From contig OY762209.1 in assembly GCA_963665295.1 (NCBI GenBank), positions 1,792,001 through 1,856,000 of the forward strand: a stretch of DNA of 64,000 nt, read 5' to 3'. A program made the position numbers and the translations under genes. This DNA is from Syntrophorhabdaceae bacterium (GTDB lineage: Bacteria > Desulfobacterota > Syntrophorhabdia > Syntrophorhabdales > Syntrophorhabdaceae). Shown piece by piece: positions 28,778 through 39,431 of the stretch. The first letter of the stretch is position 1; every line of letters starts with the position of its first letter. The notes under the pieces are model-generated. The model was not told the DNA's origin. It saw only the letters and a program-made list of their open reading frames with translations, and ran no database searches.

Positions 28778-31700
28778 TCAAAAGAACTTTCGAAAATCTA
28801 CAATCGGATTCTTTTGGATGTAACACCTCTGCGCAGAATAACCAGGTGTTCCACCGCCAGTCTCGGTGAATGGCCCAGATTGGTCGCCCCTGCCCCATGA
28901 GGCTGCTGTCCCACCTTGCGAGCGTTGGTATTGCGTAAACCACTCGCCAGGAACAAAATCAGAACCACCGTAAGTAATCGACAGTCCTGCAATTGTGGGA
29001 CCTCCAGATACTCCGTAACAATTGTAAGGATATATGCCGTTAGAATTGATTAGGTATCCTCCTCCCACAATAATGAGCGAGCCACTAATATCTACATAAC
29101 CCGCGGGGGTGACCGTTCCGTAAGAGACATTCAGACTTGATGATATTTGTTCTTGTGCCTGTTGTGGCGAATTACTATTGTTAGTGGGCGACTGTTTCAT
29201 GATTTTAGTCATCCCTATGCTCGCAAAATATCCCGCCGCAGCTCCCACTGCGCCATTAACGAACCCTTGCCCAAAGTTTCCTCCCGCGAGTGCCGTGATT
29301 CCACCGCCTACCAGTCCGCCGGCCGCTATAGAAACCCCAGCCTGCACAAACGCGTCTTTGATACCCATCGCGCCAACGCCCATCCCGGTTAACCCGCCAG
29401 CCGCTGCCCCTATTGCGCCGTAAAGCGCGCCTTGTCCCATATCACCGCCCGTAATGGAGGCGTTAATCACTCCGGCCATTGCACCACCAACCATGCCTCC
29501 GGCATAGACCAAAGACCCCGAAATAGCCCCGGTAAGCATCCCTTGTCCAATGTTTGTGCCATTGACCGCCGCAACCGTGCCCCCGGCTACGGCACCAATA
29601 ATAGCCATTATGGCCATCCCTATAAGGAGCGACAACCCGAAGTCATTCCCACTGGGGTCCACATATGTTACCGGATTATTCACGCAATAGCTATACCTGT
29701 TGAACGCCTGGAGGTTCCCCGGTTCGGGCACTATGCTGTCGGGGGAGATGAATCTTCCCAATACGGGGTCATAGAGCCTTGCCTTGTAGTTGTAGAGACC
29801 CGATTCGTCATCATATTCCTGATCGGTGAAGGTGTAATTCACGAGCGGGAAGCTGTAGGTCTCGTGGACCCGGTATGTCCCGAAGGGGTCGTACTCGACC
29901 TTTTCTTTTCTTGCTCCGTTGTCATCGGTTACTATGGATGCGGAGTTCAGGTGGTTCCCGTGGATGGTCTGGTTCCCGTCCGACCGTAGGGACATGACGC
30001 GGGTAGAGCCCGCGAATATATGGAAGACAGGTATCGAGTTTCTCTCTTCATAAATTTCCCCGAAATAAAGGACCGTCCCTGAAGCCCCCATCTTTCTCAC
30101 CCTTGAGCCGTTGCCGTCATAAGTATAGGTTGTTGTCCCAATGGTAAGGGGTCTATTGTCCGTTGTCCATGTGATGTCCAGGGTCGGGCCGCCGGAGACG
30201 GCCCTCTGGGTCATATTACCGTTCGCGTCATAACCGAGACCGATGTTCAAAACTCCTACCGTGTTACGCACGGCATGAGGCTTATCGGCATAATTATAGT
30301 GATAAGTCCCCACATCAGATTTGGTAAGGATATTCCCCAACGTGTCATAGGTAAAGCTCTGGGTGTACGCGCCCGTGCCGGTCCCCACCGCCGAGGTAAG
30401 CCTGTCAAGGCTGTCGTATTCGTAATCATGGACGATGTTATTCACCGTATCGGTAACGATGTGCGCATTGCCGTTTGCATCGAACTGATAGGCAAGGGCC
30501 TGATAGGTTTCCACGGGGGATCCGCCGTTCAGCCTGGTGGTGGTGAGAGACGAGAGTCTCCCCATTGCCGGGTCGTAATTATAGTCCGTCTCCACGGAAT
30601 AGGGATACGCTTTGGGGGATGTCGCCTTCTTGTGTTTATTGAGGGCATTATAGTCGGAGTACATAACGAGGGTGCTCGATGCGGTAACATTGGTAATCGA
30701 TGCGATGTTCCCCGCTGTCAAGGTCGCGTTTGTCCCGGGGTCAAAGGTGGTGTCGTAGGCGTAAGCGATTTGCTTCCTTTTGATGGGGTCGTCCGGAAAA
30801 TAGGTAAGCGTCCTCATCCTCCCCGCCGTGTCGTACTCCCTGGCGATTACGGTGGAGACCGGATTCAACAGGGGGCCGATCGATTTCCGGCTCTTCGTGA
30901 TCCTCTGCATGATGTCGAGTTCAAGGACCGTGTCCTTCTTGTATTCCTTGGCTCCCGAATTGTTCTCTGCGGACACATCGGTGAGCTTGCCCGTGGCGTA
31001 TGAGCAAGATGGAACGCCGGTGACGCACGCGTCATAGGTGTAGGTAACGGTGTCGGTGGCGGTCGTCTTGGTATGCACGCGGTTAAGCTGGTCATAAAAA
31101 AAGTTGGTTTGTTGGTATTTGGCGTCTGTCTGAGACGTGAGGTTTCCCGATTTGTCGTAAATATAGGTCCAGTATCCCATATCGGGATCGTTCATGGACT
31201 TCTTTTTTGACATGCTGTCGTAGGTCATGGAAGTAGTGATGAAAAGAGAGGCGTTTTCCGGGTTCGGCCTTATCACGTGGGCCAGGTTCCCGAGGAGATC
31301 ATAATCATAGGTGGTGAGCGTACCGATGGCATCGGTAACTCCTCTCAGCTTCTCGAACACGTCATAGCATGACCTGGTCGAGAGGCCTCTTTGGTTCGTC
31401 ACTACTTTGCAACGCCCCTCGTAGGACGTGCTAATATGATTGTCGTCGGGCAGCTTCACGTCTACGACCCTGGAGAGGCCGTCATAGGTGTGCTCGGTCC
31501 AATAGTTCGGACGGCTCGTGTCGGAGAAGTAGGGGTTCCACTTCTTCCATACCCTTCCCACGTTGTCATAGTCCGTATCCAGCACGATGTTCCTGGGTGT
31601 GCCCGTGTCGTTGGAACCCGTGGTGGTGGCCCTGTAGGTGCGGCCCAGGCCGTCAAAGAGAGAATAGGTGTCGTGCTGGATCACGGACAACCCGGAGTGG

Positions 31701-34700
31701 ATTTCTTCGGTCTTCTGCACGTACTGCGTGGCGGGATCACCGAAAAGCATGTAGTCATAGGTGGTAACGCCCCCGTCCGGCCGGGTCTCGGTTGAAATCC
31801 GCCCCAATGGATCGTACGCGTAGGAGAAGCCGTATGAGGTACCCTGAAGATAAGGTGGAATCATGGTGACGACCTTCCCGATGCCCGGGTCATACATGGT
31901 CGTGGTGACGTGGCCGACGCAGTTGGCGGTCGTAGAGACATAGGTGCTCGTGGCGCTGTCGTAGGTCATGGTGGTGGTGCAGCCGGGATAGAGATCATTC
32001 CCTGCCCCCGTGATTGTCCAGGGGTTGCCGTTGTCATAATAAGCATACGTGACCGTCGGGTCCCGGGTGATATTCGGGCTCCCGCAGTCATTGGCCGGGT
32101 TGTCGCTCTTGCACGCAGTTTCCGTGAGGAGATTACCCCTTGCATCATAGCTCATCCACTTTCTGCTCACCATGTGGTCTGAGATGTCCGTTACGATAAT
32201 ATCAGTAGGCTTGCCGAAGCTGTTATAATCGAAATGGGTGACTATGTCGTCCGTGGTCCCCATGCCGTGTTTGTGCTCCATGGATACCTTAAGGACACCC
32301 GGATGGTAGTCGTAGTCGACCTGCCATGTGTATTGACCGTCCTGCACATTGTCCGTGTTGGTGGCGGTGGAGGAACGCATGGCGGGGAAACAGACATCAA
32401 CACGGTTGCACGTGGGTCCGTCGGAAGGGCTGTTGTCGTAAATCCCGAGCACCTCCCACGTGTTGGCAACTTCCCTGGTATGGCCCTCACGGGATGTCGT
32501 TATCTGAGAGTACATCTGGCCTTTTCGGATGGCGTCCTGATGGAAGTAGGACACGGTAGTGGCCTCCGTCACGGAGCCGTTCATCTGAGTTGTGGTGGCG
32601 CTCCCGAATCCATAGAAGTCCCTCTCAGGGGCATAGTACAGTCCCTGGGTATATGAGTAGCCGGTGGTGATAGGCGTGGTTGCCCTTCCGTCATACACGT
32701 CTTTCTGCGACACTGTCTGAAGCACAAAAGGGAGAAGGGTGTTGACGTATACCGTGGAAGGCGTATAAGTAAGGATGGTGCTGCCCCCTATGCCGTTATG
32801 GATGGCGTAGAGGAGATCGGGAAATCCGGTCTGCGGCGCCGGGTCGTTTTGGCGATCGGGGACCACGCGATTTTGGAGATATACGTCGAGCGTATTTCCA
32901 CTCGTGGAACTATTCCAGGCCGCCATATCGGTCTTGCCGTCCCCGTCATAGTCGCCCGGCCAGACCCTGACACCCGTGTAACCATCATAATATGTTGTGA
33001 TGTCCCAAGTCTCCGCCGTACTGAACCCGTTGCCTATCGATTTGAGGATATACAGATGATTCGCATCGTCATATATGGCGAGGTCCGTTTTGCCGTCGGC
33101 ATTGAAGTCGGCAAACCATTGGATGAACCCGACGGTCCCGTTATAATGGAGGTCCCTGCTCAACGACCAGGCTTCGTAGGTCGGGACCTGATTGCTGCGA
33201 GCGAAAGAGCTCCCCGTTGATAAATGCACCGCCAGCGACGAATTACCGAGGGTGCTGAGATAGCCCGCAATATCGGTCTTGCCGTCGCCGTTGAAATCCC
33301 CTGTCCAGACATAGGGGCCGGACGCGCCGCTGTAGAGGGTGGCAGGCCAGGGGCTCCGGCTGAAACCGGTGAAATGTCCACCGGAGTCTGTCGTTGACAG
33401 ATGCACGTTCAGATGGGTAAAACTTTGATTATTATCCCAGGCGGCAATATCGGTCTTGCCGTCGCCATTGAAGTCTCCGAGCCATACGAGGAGGTTATAT
33501 GCGCCGCTTTTGTAGAGATCGCACGCCCATAGATTATTTGGGGTATTGGGAGAAGCGGGGGGACTCGCCAGGTATTCGCCTGCCCTTGCTCCGTCCTGGC
33601 CCACAAATCTGTGGTTGTCCGGGTCTGAAATATACACCTTGACCCAGTCTGCGTTATACCAACTCATAAGGTCGGCTATCCCGTCTCCGTTGAAATCTCC
33701 CACCCTCGTGTTGGCAATGCCTCCGCTCACATAGGCGCGTATGCCCCATGCGTTGGTATACGACTGGAATCCGTCGCCCGTGGAGGTATACACATAAATG
33801 TTGCCGCTGCCATCCATGGTGGCCACATCCGTCTTGCCGTCGCCGTTAAAGTCTCCGAGCCAAAGTCTGGGGTTTCCGTTTCCGTCCGTATATATCTGAC
33901 CGACTTGCCACGTGCTCGCCGCAAAAGCGGCGCCCGTGGAAAGATAGACAGACAAATGCGTACCGTCCACCCAACTCATATGGTCCGTCCTGCCGTCGCC
34001 GTCAAAGTCTCCCGACCAGTTGAAATTCATCGCGGCCGGCCCGGTCTTGAGCGCGGGACTCGTAGGCCATGATACGGCGTTCGCAAAGTTGTTCTCCGCC
34101 GTCTGGTAGACAAAGGCGGTCGGAGGTAACTGGGTGATGGCGTCGCTTCCCTTCCGGGTAACGGAGGCGAGGACGGAATGGGCGGTGTAGCCGTTCCAAT
34201 TTGGATGATAGGCGAGTTCATAGCTTTTTACCAGCCTGACGTCGTTTTCTCCGTATTTCGCATACGTTCGTATGGCGGAAAGCATCATTGTCGTCTGGAC
34301 CGGATAGTTGGTGGCATACGAAGTCCCGTCGCCGAGATAAGGCATCGCTCCCATCTGCTCTGCGGTGAAGGTCACAAAGGAAACCTGGTTTGTCGTACCG
34401 CTGCAGGTTGACCCGTTCCACTGACCGGTATAGTCTATCTGCTTAAGGTAAATATTCCCGTCACCGGTACGAGGATAATAGCTTATTGCCATGCAGTTGC
34501 CGTTGGTGTCCACAACCGTGTCAAGGGCCCACTTGAAGATCTTGTTACCCCCGTCGAAGTCCTGACGGGAGTCGGTCGTGGTCCCATAGTAGTATCTGGT
34601 GCCGTCCAGGGCCGTTACTTCCCAGCCGCGTGTTGATATGTTGTGGTAGTATTTGGACCGTGCTCCTTCCACCCTGGTATTGTAAAAGACCTGACCATTT

Positions 34701-35278
34701 CCACCCGGACCATCAAGCTCTATCCGTACCAGTTCCACCGACGCGCCGTCTATGGTCGCCACGTAGCCGTTCATGTCGTAGACCACACCCCATTTTGTGG
34801 ACTGCTGGATCGATCCCATGTCGAGACTCCAACCTACCCCTATCCAGCCGTTCTTCTGGTAGCTGTTGTACTTGAGGGCGAGATGGGGGGCCATGCCCTT
34901 TCTTCCGGGAGGCACTTCTATGGGGATGCTTGTAGAGGCTGCTCCGGTGAAGAGGGACATTTCCACGGTGGCGGGCGAGATACCCGTTGCGCCTGCGTCG
35001 CTTTCCCCGGACGCCTTCGAGGGGGTTCCTCCCGTCCCCTCGCCTGCCGCCGTTGCCTGGACGGAGCTGTCGATGACGGCGTTGGACATAGCGCTGCCGG
35101 ACTGATCCTGGACCGCTTCGGGGTCGGGGTCGGGAGCCGATACTGCTGCATGGGCCTCCGACACGATAAGCCTCGCCATATAGGGAAAGACAAGCTCTAT
35201 ATGGGGCGTGGAGGTTATGGTAAAGGCAATGATGAGGAACCAGATGAAGGGCCGGAAGCGGAGAACCAGGGACGGCAT
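28778..35278 (-). CDS. SpvB/FG-GAP/YD-Rhs polymorphic toxin (TcB-TcC-like fusion)
   Basis: SIPIEVPPGR...GVGWSL SpvB domain, 7 GDFxGDG-type repeats, YD repeats, GLYNYKARLYDP...NPVTYVDPSG core; ATG 35278 with RBS AGGAGG. Confidence 0.93.
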   Translation of the reverse strand: MPSLVLRFRPFIWFLIIAFTITSTPHIELVFPYMARLIVSEAHAAVSAPDPDPEAVQDQSGSAMSNAVIDSSVQATAAGEGTGGTPSKASGESDAGATGISPATVEMSLFTGAASTSIPIEVPPGRKGMAPHLALKYNSYQKNGWIGVGWSLDMGSIQQSTKWGVVYDMNGYVATIDGASVELVRIELDGPGGNGQVFYNTRVEGARSKYYHNISTRGWEVTALDGTRYYYGTTTDSRQDFDGGNKIFKWALDTVVDTNGNCMAISYYPRTGDGNIYLKQIDYTGQWNGSTCSGTTNQVSFVTFTAEQMGAMPYLGDGTSYATNYPVQTTMMLSAIRTYAKYGENDVRLVKSYELAYHPNWNGYTAHSVLASVTRKGSDAITQLPPTAFVYQTAENNFANAVSWPTSPALKTGPAAMNFNWSGDFDGDGRTDHMSWVDGTHLSVYLSTGAAFAASTWQVGQIYTDGNGNPRLWLGDFNGDGKTDVATMDGSGNIYVYTSTGDGFQSYTNAWGIRAYVSGGIANTRVGDFNGDGIADLMSWYNADWVKVYISDPDNHRFVGQDGARAGEYLASPPASPNTPNNLWACDLYKSGAYNLLVWLGDFNGDGKTDIAAWDNNQSFTHLNVHLSTTDSGGHFTGFSRSPWPATLYSGASGPYVWTGDFNGDGKTDIAGYLSTLGNSSLAVHLSTGSSFARSNQVPTYEAWSLSRDLHYNGTVGFIQWFADFNADGKTDLAIYDDANHLYILKSIGNGFSTAETWDITTYYDGYTGVRVWPGDYDGDGKTDMAAWNSSTSGNTLDVYLQNRVVPDRQNDPAPQTGFPDLLYAIHNGIGGSTILTYTPSTVYVNTLLPFVLQTVSQKDVYDGRATTPITTGYSYTQGLYYAPERDFYGFGSATTTQMNGSVTEATTVSYFHQDAIRKGQMYSQITTSREGHTREVANTWEVLGIYDNSPSDGPTCNRVDVCFPAMRSSTATNTDNVQDGQYTWQVDYDYHPGVLKVSMEHKHGMGTTDDIVTHFDYNSFGKPTDIIVTDISDHMVSRKWMSYDARGNLLTETACKSDNPANDCGSPNITRDPTVTYAYYDNGNPWTITGAGNDLYPGCTTTMTYDSATSTYVSTTANCVGHVTTTMYDPGIGKVVTMIPPYLQGTSYGFSYAYDPLGRISTETRPDGGVTTYDYMLFGDPATQYVQKTEEIHSGLSVIQHDTYSLFDGLGRTYRATTTGSNDTGTPRNIVLDTDYDNVGRVWKKWNPYFSDTSRPNYWTEHTYDGLSRVVDVKLPDDNHISTSYEGRCKVVTNQRGLSTRSCYDVFEKLRGVTDAIGTLTTYDYDLLGNLAHVIRPNPENASLFITTSMTYDSMSKKKSMNDPDMGYWTYIYDKSGNLTSQTDAKYQQTNFFYDQLNRVHTKTTATDTVTYTYDACVTGVPSCSYATGKLTDVSAENNSGAKEYKKDTVLELDIMQRITKSRKSIGPLLNPVSTVIAREYDTAGRMRTLTYFPDDPIKRKQIAYAYDTTFDPGTNATLTAGNIASITNVTASSTLVMYSDYNALNKHKKATSPKAYPYSVETDYNYDPAMGRLSSLTTTRLNGGSPVETYQALAYQFDANGNAHIVTDTVNNIVHDYEYDSLDRLTSAVGTGTGAYTQSFTYDTLGNILTKSDVGTYHYNYADKPHAVRNTVGVLNIGLGYDANGNMTQRAVSGGPTLDITWTTDNRPLTIGTTTYTYDGNGSRVRKMGASGTVLYFGEIYEERNSIPVFHIFAGSTRVMSLRSDGNQTIHGNHLNSASIVTDDNGARKEKVEYDPFGTYRVHETYSFPLVNYTFTDQEYDDESGLYNYKARLYDPVLGRFISPDSIVPEPGNLQAFNRYSYCVNNPVTYVDPSGNDFGLSLLIGMAIMAIIGAVAGGTVAAVNGTNIGQGMLTGAISGSLVYAGGMVGGAMAGVINASITGGDMGQGALYGAIGAAAGGLTGMGVGAMGIKDAFVQAGVSIAAGGLVGGGITALAGGNFGQGFVNGAVGAAAGYFASIGMTKIMKQSPTNNSNSPQQAQEQISSSLNVSYGTVTPAGYVDISGSLIIVGGGYLINSNGIYPYNCYGVSGGPTIAGLSITYGGSDFVPGEWFTQYQRSQGGTAASWGRGDQSGPFTETGGGTPGYSAQRCYIQKNPIVDFRKFF

Positions 35279-35415
35279 GGGAATATTCCTCCTGTGTCGG
35301 AATGGGTGACGCTCTATGTGTAAGGGTGCTTCCCCCCCCGGAAAGCAGAAAGCGGGAGACAAAACGATGTGGACCTCCCTCGTTCCGTCGCCGTGCTTAT
35401 ATCGCGTATATTTCT

Positions 35416-35445
35416 ACGATAAAAGATTCCGGGGGGGGGTGTCAA
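35416..35445 (-). promoter_or_regulatory. Candidate sigma70 promoter of the Rhs gene with a C9 tract in the spacer
   Basis: TTGACA-C9-GGAATCTTT-TATCGT (18-nt spacer). Confidence 0.5.
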
Positions 35446-35668
35446 GCTCTTTTGTGAATAATTGTACTTATTCGGGTATGTATAGGGATAATAGGGGTTT
35501 TTTAAGGCCAAAGGGAATTTAGTTTCGTGAGAAGTCCCCTCCTGTGCGATAGGTGTATTGCGGGGCGGGGCTGACGCATTTATCCCGCGAGGTCCACGGA
35601 GCATCCATAGAGACTTCCCAGAATGAGGCAGCACAGCAACATCTTTTTGATGGCAGGCGCACCGGTCT

Positions 35669-36466
35669 TTATCCGGCGCGGGGTCCTCGGACCAGGGCTT
35701 TTAAGAGGGATATGGACATGGAGACCTGTCTCAGGGCCTCCTTTTGGGTGATGACCCTTTTTCCTGCGTGGCACCTGTTGGCGAGGGCGAGGGACTCGTT
35801 CGCGATTCTGGAGATTTCCTTCCTGAGATCGTGTTCCGACGTGATTTTGAGGGGGAGCGCCATGGCGGCAAGGGAGGCGCGTGAATTTTCATCCAAAGGC
35901 AGGGAGGAGTCGAGGGCCTTGTCGAAGTCCATGTGCGCGTTCTTTGCCCACCGGCCTGCTTCCCTGTAGACCAATCCGTCCGCGGCGGGCAGGTTCCCGT
36001 ATGGAAAATTGTGGAGAGGCTGGGAGAGGTCGCCCACGTAATGGGCCAGGCTCAAAAGGTAGTACTCCCGCTCCCATCCCGCGGAGTTCTTCATGTGCCG
36101 GTAGAGATCGACTATCTTCCAGTAGAGCACGCCCGCGGGGTCGGGCACACGGATGACGATGGTCCCCGATTCCGGAGCGCCTGCTTTGACGTAGGGGCCT
36201 TCCGTAATCCCGTACCGGTCGATGTAGCCGGGCGTCACTACCGCGTGGGGCGCGGCGTTGTGCCAGTGATAAGGCCCGAGCAAGGTGTCGTTCTCTTTCT
36301 TGCTGAGATCGGGGAAGCACGCTGCCTGGGGGTCGGCCAAACCCGCTTCCCGGGCGATAAAGGCGTGGGTCTTACACGACCAGCCCAGAACGCCCGTAGA
36401 CAGGACGGGGAGGGCAAGCATGACGGTGAGGACGGCACAGAGGCAACGCGGGACAATCCGCTTCAT
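35669..36466 (-). CDS. Exported S1/P1 nuclease / phospholipase C-like zinc hydrolase
   Basis: Signal peptide then WSCKTH, WH, HYVGDLSQPLH, HMDFD. Confidence 0.8.
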   Translation of the reverse strand: MKRIVPRCLCAVLTVMLALPVLSTGVLGWSCKTHAFIAREAGLADPQAACFPDLSKKENDTLLGPYHWHNAAPHAVVTPGYIDRYGITEGPYVKAGAPESGTIVIRVPDPAGVLYWKIVDLYRHMKNSAGWEREYYLLSLAHYVGDLSQPLHNFPYGNLPAADGLVYREAGRWAKNAHMDFDKALDSSLPLDENSRASLAAMALPLKITSEHDLRKEISRIANESLALANRCHAGKRVITQKEALRQVSMSISLLKALVRGPRAG

Positions 36467-36537
36467 CTTCAGTCGATAGCCCGTCCCAGGGTCCGACGGC
36501 TTGCAGAGCGGTATCCTTACCGCCCGAAGATGCCCGG

Positions 36538-37116
36538 TCAAGACCTTCTTCTTGGCGCGGGCGCCGCCGACTTCTTCCTGTATGGTTCCGAATGGGCCTT
36601 ATGCTTGAGCCAGTTATCGAGGTACGGGCCCGCCAGGTCCTTTGACCTTATGAGGAGGATATTCTCCATGTCCTTTCCGTCGGCGGTCCTCCGGAAGTTG
36701 AAGGAGCCGGTGATGACGGTGGTCTTGTCGATAATGAGCACGTTGTCACGGGCAAAGGCATGGGAGCCGTCAACATAGGCCGGTACCTTCCAGTTCGTGA
36801 GGAAGAGGGCGGAGACGTATTTTTCGGACCGCTGGGACCTGTCGAGGATCACCTCTACGCTTACCGCCCTCTTCGCAGCGCCCTGAAGAGCCCGGGCGAT
36901 CTGAGGGGACGAGAAGGAAGAGGCTTGAACGAGGACCTCCATGGCGGCGTTGTCTATCTCCTGGACGATGGTTTTCACACACTCCGGGGCGGGAGAGAAA
37001 TAGACCTTTGCAGGGGCGTTGTTGAGGGTGAGATCCGTCGCGCCCGCGTTCCATGGGTATGCGACCGCCGCAAGGACAATGGAAACGAGGACTGCCGTAA
37101 AACCTTTATTAGCCAT
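36538..37116 (-). CDS. Exported PLD-family (Nuc-like) protein with degenerate HKD motif
   Basis: VYFSP, VILDRSQ, IIDKTTVITGSFNF, ENILLI; HNK replaced by RDN. Confidence 0.82.
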   Translation of the reverse strand: MANKGFTAVLVSIVLAAVAYPWNAGATDLTLNNAPAKVYFSPAPECVKTIVQEIDNAAMEVLVQASSFSSPQIARALQGAAKRAVSVEVILDRSQRSEKYVSALFLTNWKVPAYVDGSHAFARDNVLIIDKTTVITGSFNFRRTADGKDMENILLIRSKDLAGPYLDNWLKHKAHSEPYRKKSAAPAPRRRS

Positions 37117-37300
37117 GGAACCCTCCGATTTGTGATGGGGACCCGCCGGACGGCTTTCTCTGCCCTATTCCCGCGTGGTGCTCGCTATTTTATCACAGGC
37201 GCAATCAAATGTCCCGTCTCCCTCGCCGGTATGGGATGCCGGGCTTATTCGCCCGACCGTCTTCCGTCCCCGGGAATTTCATCGGCCCTGAATTTTTTTC

Positions 37301-37352
37301 TTGACTTATTAAAATACATATTTAAAATATACAATTGAATTAGACGTTTTAA
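37301..37352 (+). promoter_or_regulatory. Promoter and probable TetR operator
   Basis: TTGACT-16 nt-TAAAAT overlapped by AT-rich TTAAAA...TTTAA quasi-palindromes. Confidence 0.45.
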
Positions 37353-37378
37353 GTGGTGAAAAACGGTTGTCCGGGGGT

Positions 37379-38056
37379 ATGATGAAAACGGCGAGAAAAG
37401 ATGCGGAACAGACCCGTCAGAGCCTGCTTTCCGCAGGGCGCGAGATCTTTGCGGAGAAGAGCTACAGGGACGCGACCATTGCCGAGATATGCGAACGGGC
37501 ATCGGCGAACGTGGCGGCTGTGAACTACCATTTCGGGGACAAAGCGACCCTTTACAGCGAATCGTGGCGTTATGCCCTCCGTAAGTCTCTGGAGACCTTC
37601 CCCATCCATGGAGGGGTGAGTGACGATGCGCCGCCGGAAGAGCGTTTGCGGGGCCAGATATCGGCCCTTATGCGCAGGATTTCCTACAAGGAAAACAAGG
37701 AGTTCTTTATTGTGCTCAGGGAACTTGCCAATCCCACGGGGATCCTCGATCAGGCCATAAAGGACGACGTGTGCGAGGTGCATGACAAGATGCAGGCCGT
37801 GGTCCGCGAACTGCTGGGCAGCAGGGCTTCCGAAATGCAGGTCAGGTTCTACGGGATAAGCATCATAACCCAGTGTGTGAATATAATGGTGGCGGAGGCG
37901 TGGAAGGAAGAGGAGAAACAGAACAAATTCGGTCTCCCCAAAATAGGTGATGTCGAAGCGTACATCGACCACGTGGTCCGGATGGCCCTCGTGAGCATGG
38001 CGGCAACGCGGAACATGAACGGGATGGGCGGCGTGGAGATTATGGACAGGGCATAA
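37379..38056 (+). CDS. TetR-family regulator (CerR/YbiH-like)
   Basis: ATIAEICERASANVAAVNYHFGDKATLY. Confidence 0.9.
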   Translation: MMKTARKDAEQTRQSLLSAGREIFAEKSYRDATIAEICERASANVAAVNYHFGDKATLYSESWRYALRKSLETFPIHGGVSDDAPPEERLRGQISALMRRISYKENKEFFIVLRELANPTGILDQAIKDDVCEVHDKMQAVVRELLGSRASEMQVRFYGISIITQCVNIMVAEAWKEEEKQNKFGLPKIGDVEAYIDHVVRMALVSMAATRNMNGMGGVEIMDRA

Positions 38057-38257
38057 TAAAGGTCCGGATGGGTACGGCAGGGGAAAAGCCATGGAGAGCG
38101 TGGTGTGCGGCATCCCCGGTAAGAGGCGGATGCCCCGGCAACGCTGCCCGTATCGCGGAGTGATAGCACAGAAGAAGAGCGGAAGGAAGGAAAACTTCAT
38201 ATTCCCCGAAAACTTTTGAGGGTAGGCAGTCGAAATCAACCCAGGGAGAGGTGTTGT

Positions 38258-39418
38258 ATGCAGGAAATCGGCAAAGTCAAATCTATCATCATTGCGGGAC
38301 TTCTCATCGCGGTTCTTATACCGGCCGGATGCGGAAAGAAGTCGGCAGGCGGCCCGCCGCCCCAGAATGCCGAGGTGTCCGTGGTGGTCATGAAAACGGA
38401 ACCCGTAACGATCGCCACTGAATTGCCCGGCCGTACATCGCCCTATCTCGTTGCCGAGGTCCGGCCCCAGGTAAACGGCATCATCCAGAAGCGCCTGTTT
38501 ACCGAAGGGGACGACGTGAAGGCGGGCGACCTCCTCTACCAGATAGACCCTGCTCCTTACCAGGCAGCCTACGATAACGCAAAGGCGGCCCTTACCAGGG
38601 TAGAGGCCAACCTGCCCCCGGTCCGGCTTAAGGCCGAGCGCTACAAGGAACTGGTTGCCATGAACGCGGTGAGCCGGCAGGAGTTCGATGAAGCATCGGC
38701 GGCCCTCAAACAGGCGGAGGCTGAAGTGGGGGTGTACAAGGCCGCGGTGGAGACGGCGCGTATCAACCTCGCATATACACGGATCACGGCGCCCATATCG
38801 GGCCGTATCAGCAAATCCCATGTGACCGTGGGCGCTCTCGCCACCGCGCATCAGGTGATCCCCCTCACTACCATCCAGCAACTCGACCCGATCTACGTGG
38901 ACGCGACCCAGTCGAGCGCCAACCAACTCCAGCTCAAGCGCCATCTTGCGGAGGGCCGGATGAAGGGTGCCGGAGCGTCCCAGACGTCGGTGAAACTGCT
39001 CCTGGAAGACGGCACGCCTTACCCGCAGGAAGGGAGCCTCAAGTTCTCCGATGTCACCGTCGATCCCAGCACGGGGTCGTTCATTCTCCGCATACTGTTC
39101 CCCAACCCGAAACATACCCTTCTTCCGGGCATGTACGTGCGTCCCGTGATCAAGGAAGGAATAATCGACCGCGCAATCCTTGTTCCCCAGCAGGGGGTCT
39201 CCCGCGACCCGAAAGGTAATCCCCTCGTATGGATGGTAAACGGTGAAAGCAAGGTTGAACAGCGGATGATCACCGTGGATCGCGCCATGGGAGATAAGTG
39301 GCTCGTTACCGATGGGCTCGCCTCCGGCGACAGGGTAATCGTTGAAGGTGTCCAGAAAGTGCGGCCCGGCGCCTCGGTAAAGGCGGTCCCTTTCAACGCC
39401 GCACCGAAAGCGAAATAG
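38258..39418 (+). CDS. acrA: RND efflux periplasmic adaptor
   Basis: Lipobox PAGC, AEVRPQVNGII, ITAPISGRI, LLPGMYV. Confidence 0.9.
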   Translation: MQEIGKVKSIIIAGLLIAVLIPAGCGKKSAGGPPPQNAEVSVVVMKTEPVTIATELPGRTSPYLVAEVRPQVNGIIQKRLFTEGDDVKAGDLLYQIDPAPYQAAYDNAKAALTRVEANLPPVRLKAERYKELVAMNAVSRQEFDEASAALKQAEAEVGVYKAAVETARINLAYTRITAPISGRISKSHVTVGALATAHQVIPLTTIQQLDPIYVDATQSSANQLQLKRHLAEGRMKGAGASQTSVKLLLEDGTPYPQEGSLKFSDVTVDPSTGSFILRILFPNPKHTLLPGMYVRPVIKEGIIDRAILVPQQGVSRDPKGNPLVWMVNGESKVEQRMITVDRAMGDKWLVTDGLASGDRVIVEGVQKVRPGASVKAVPFNAAPKAK

Positions 39419-39431
39419 GCGGAGGAGACCG

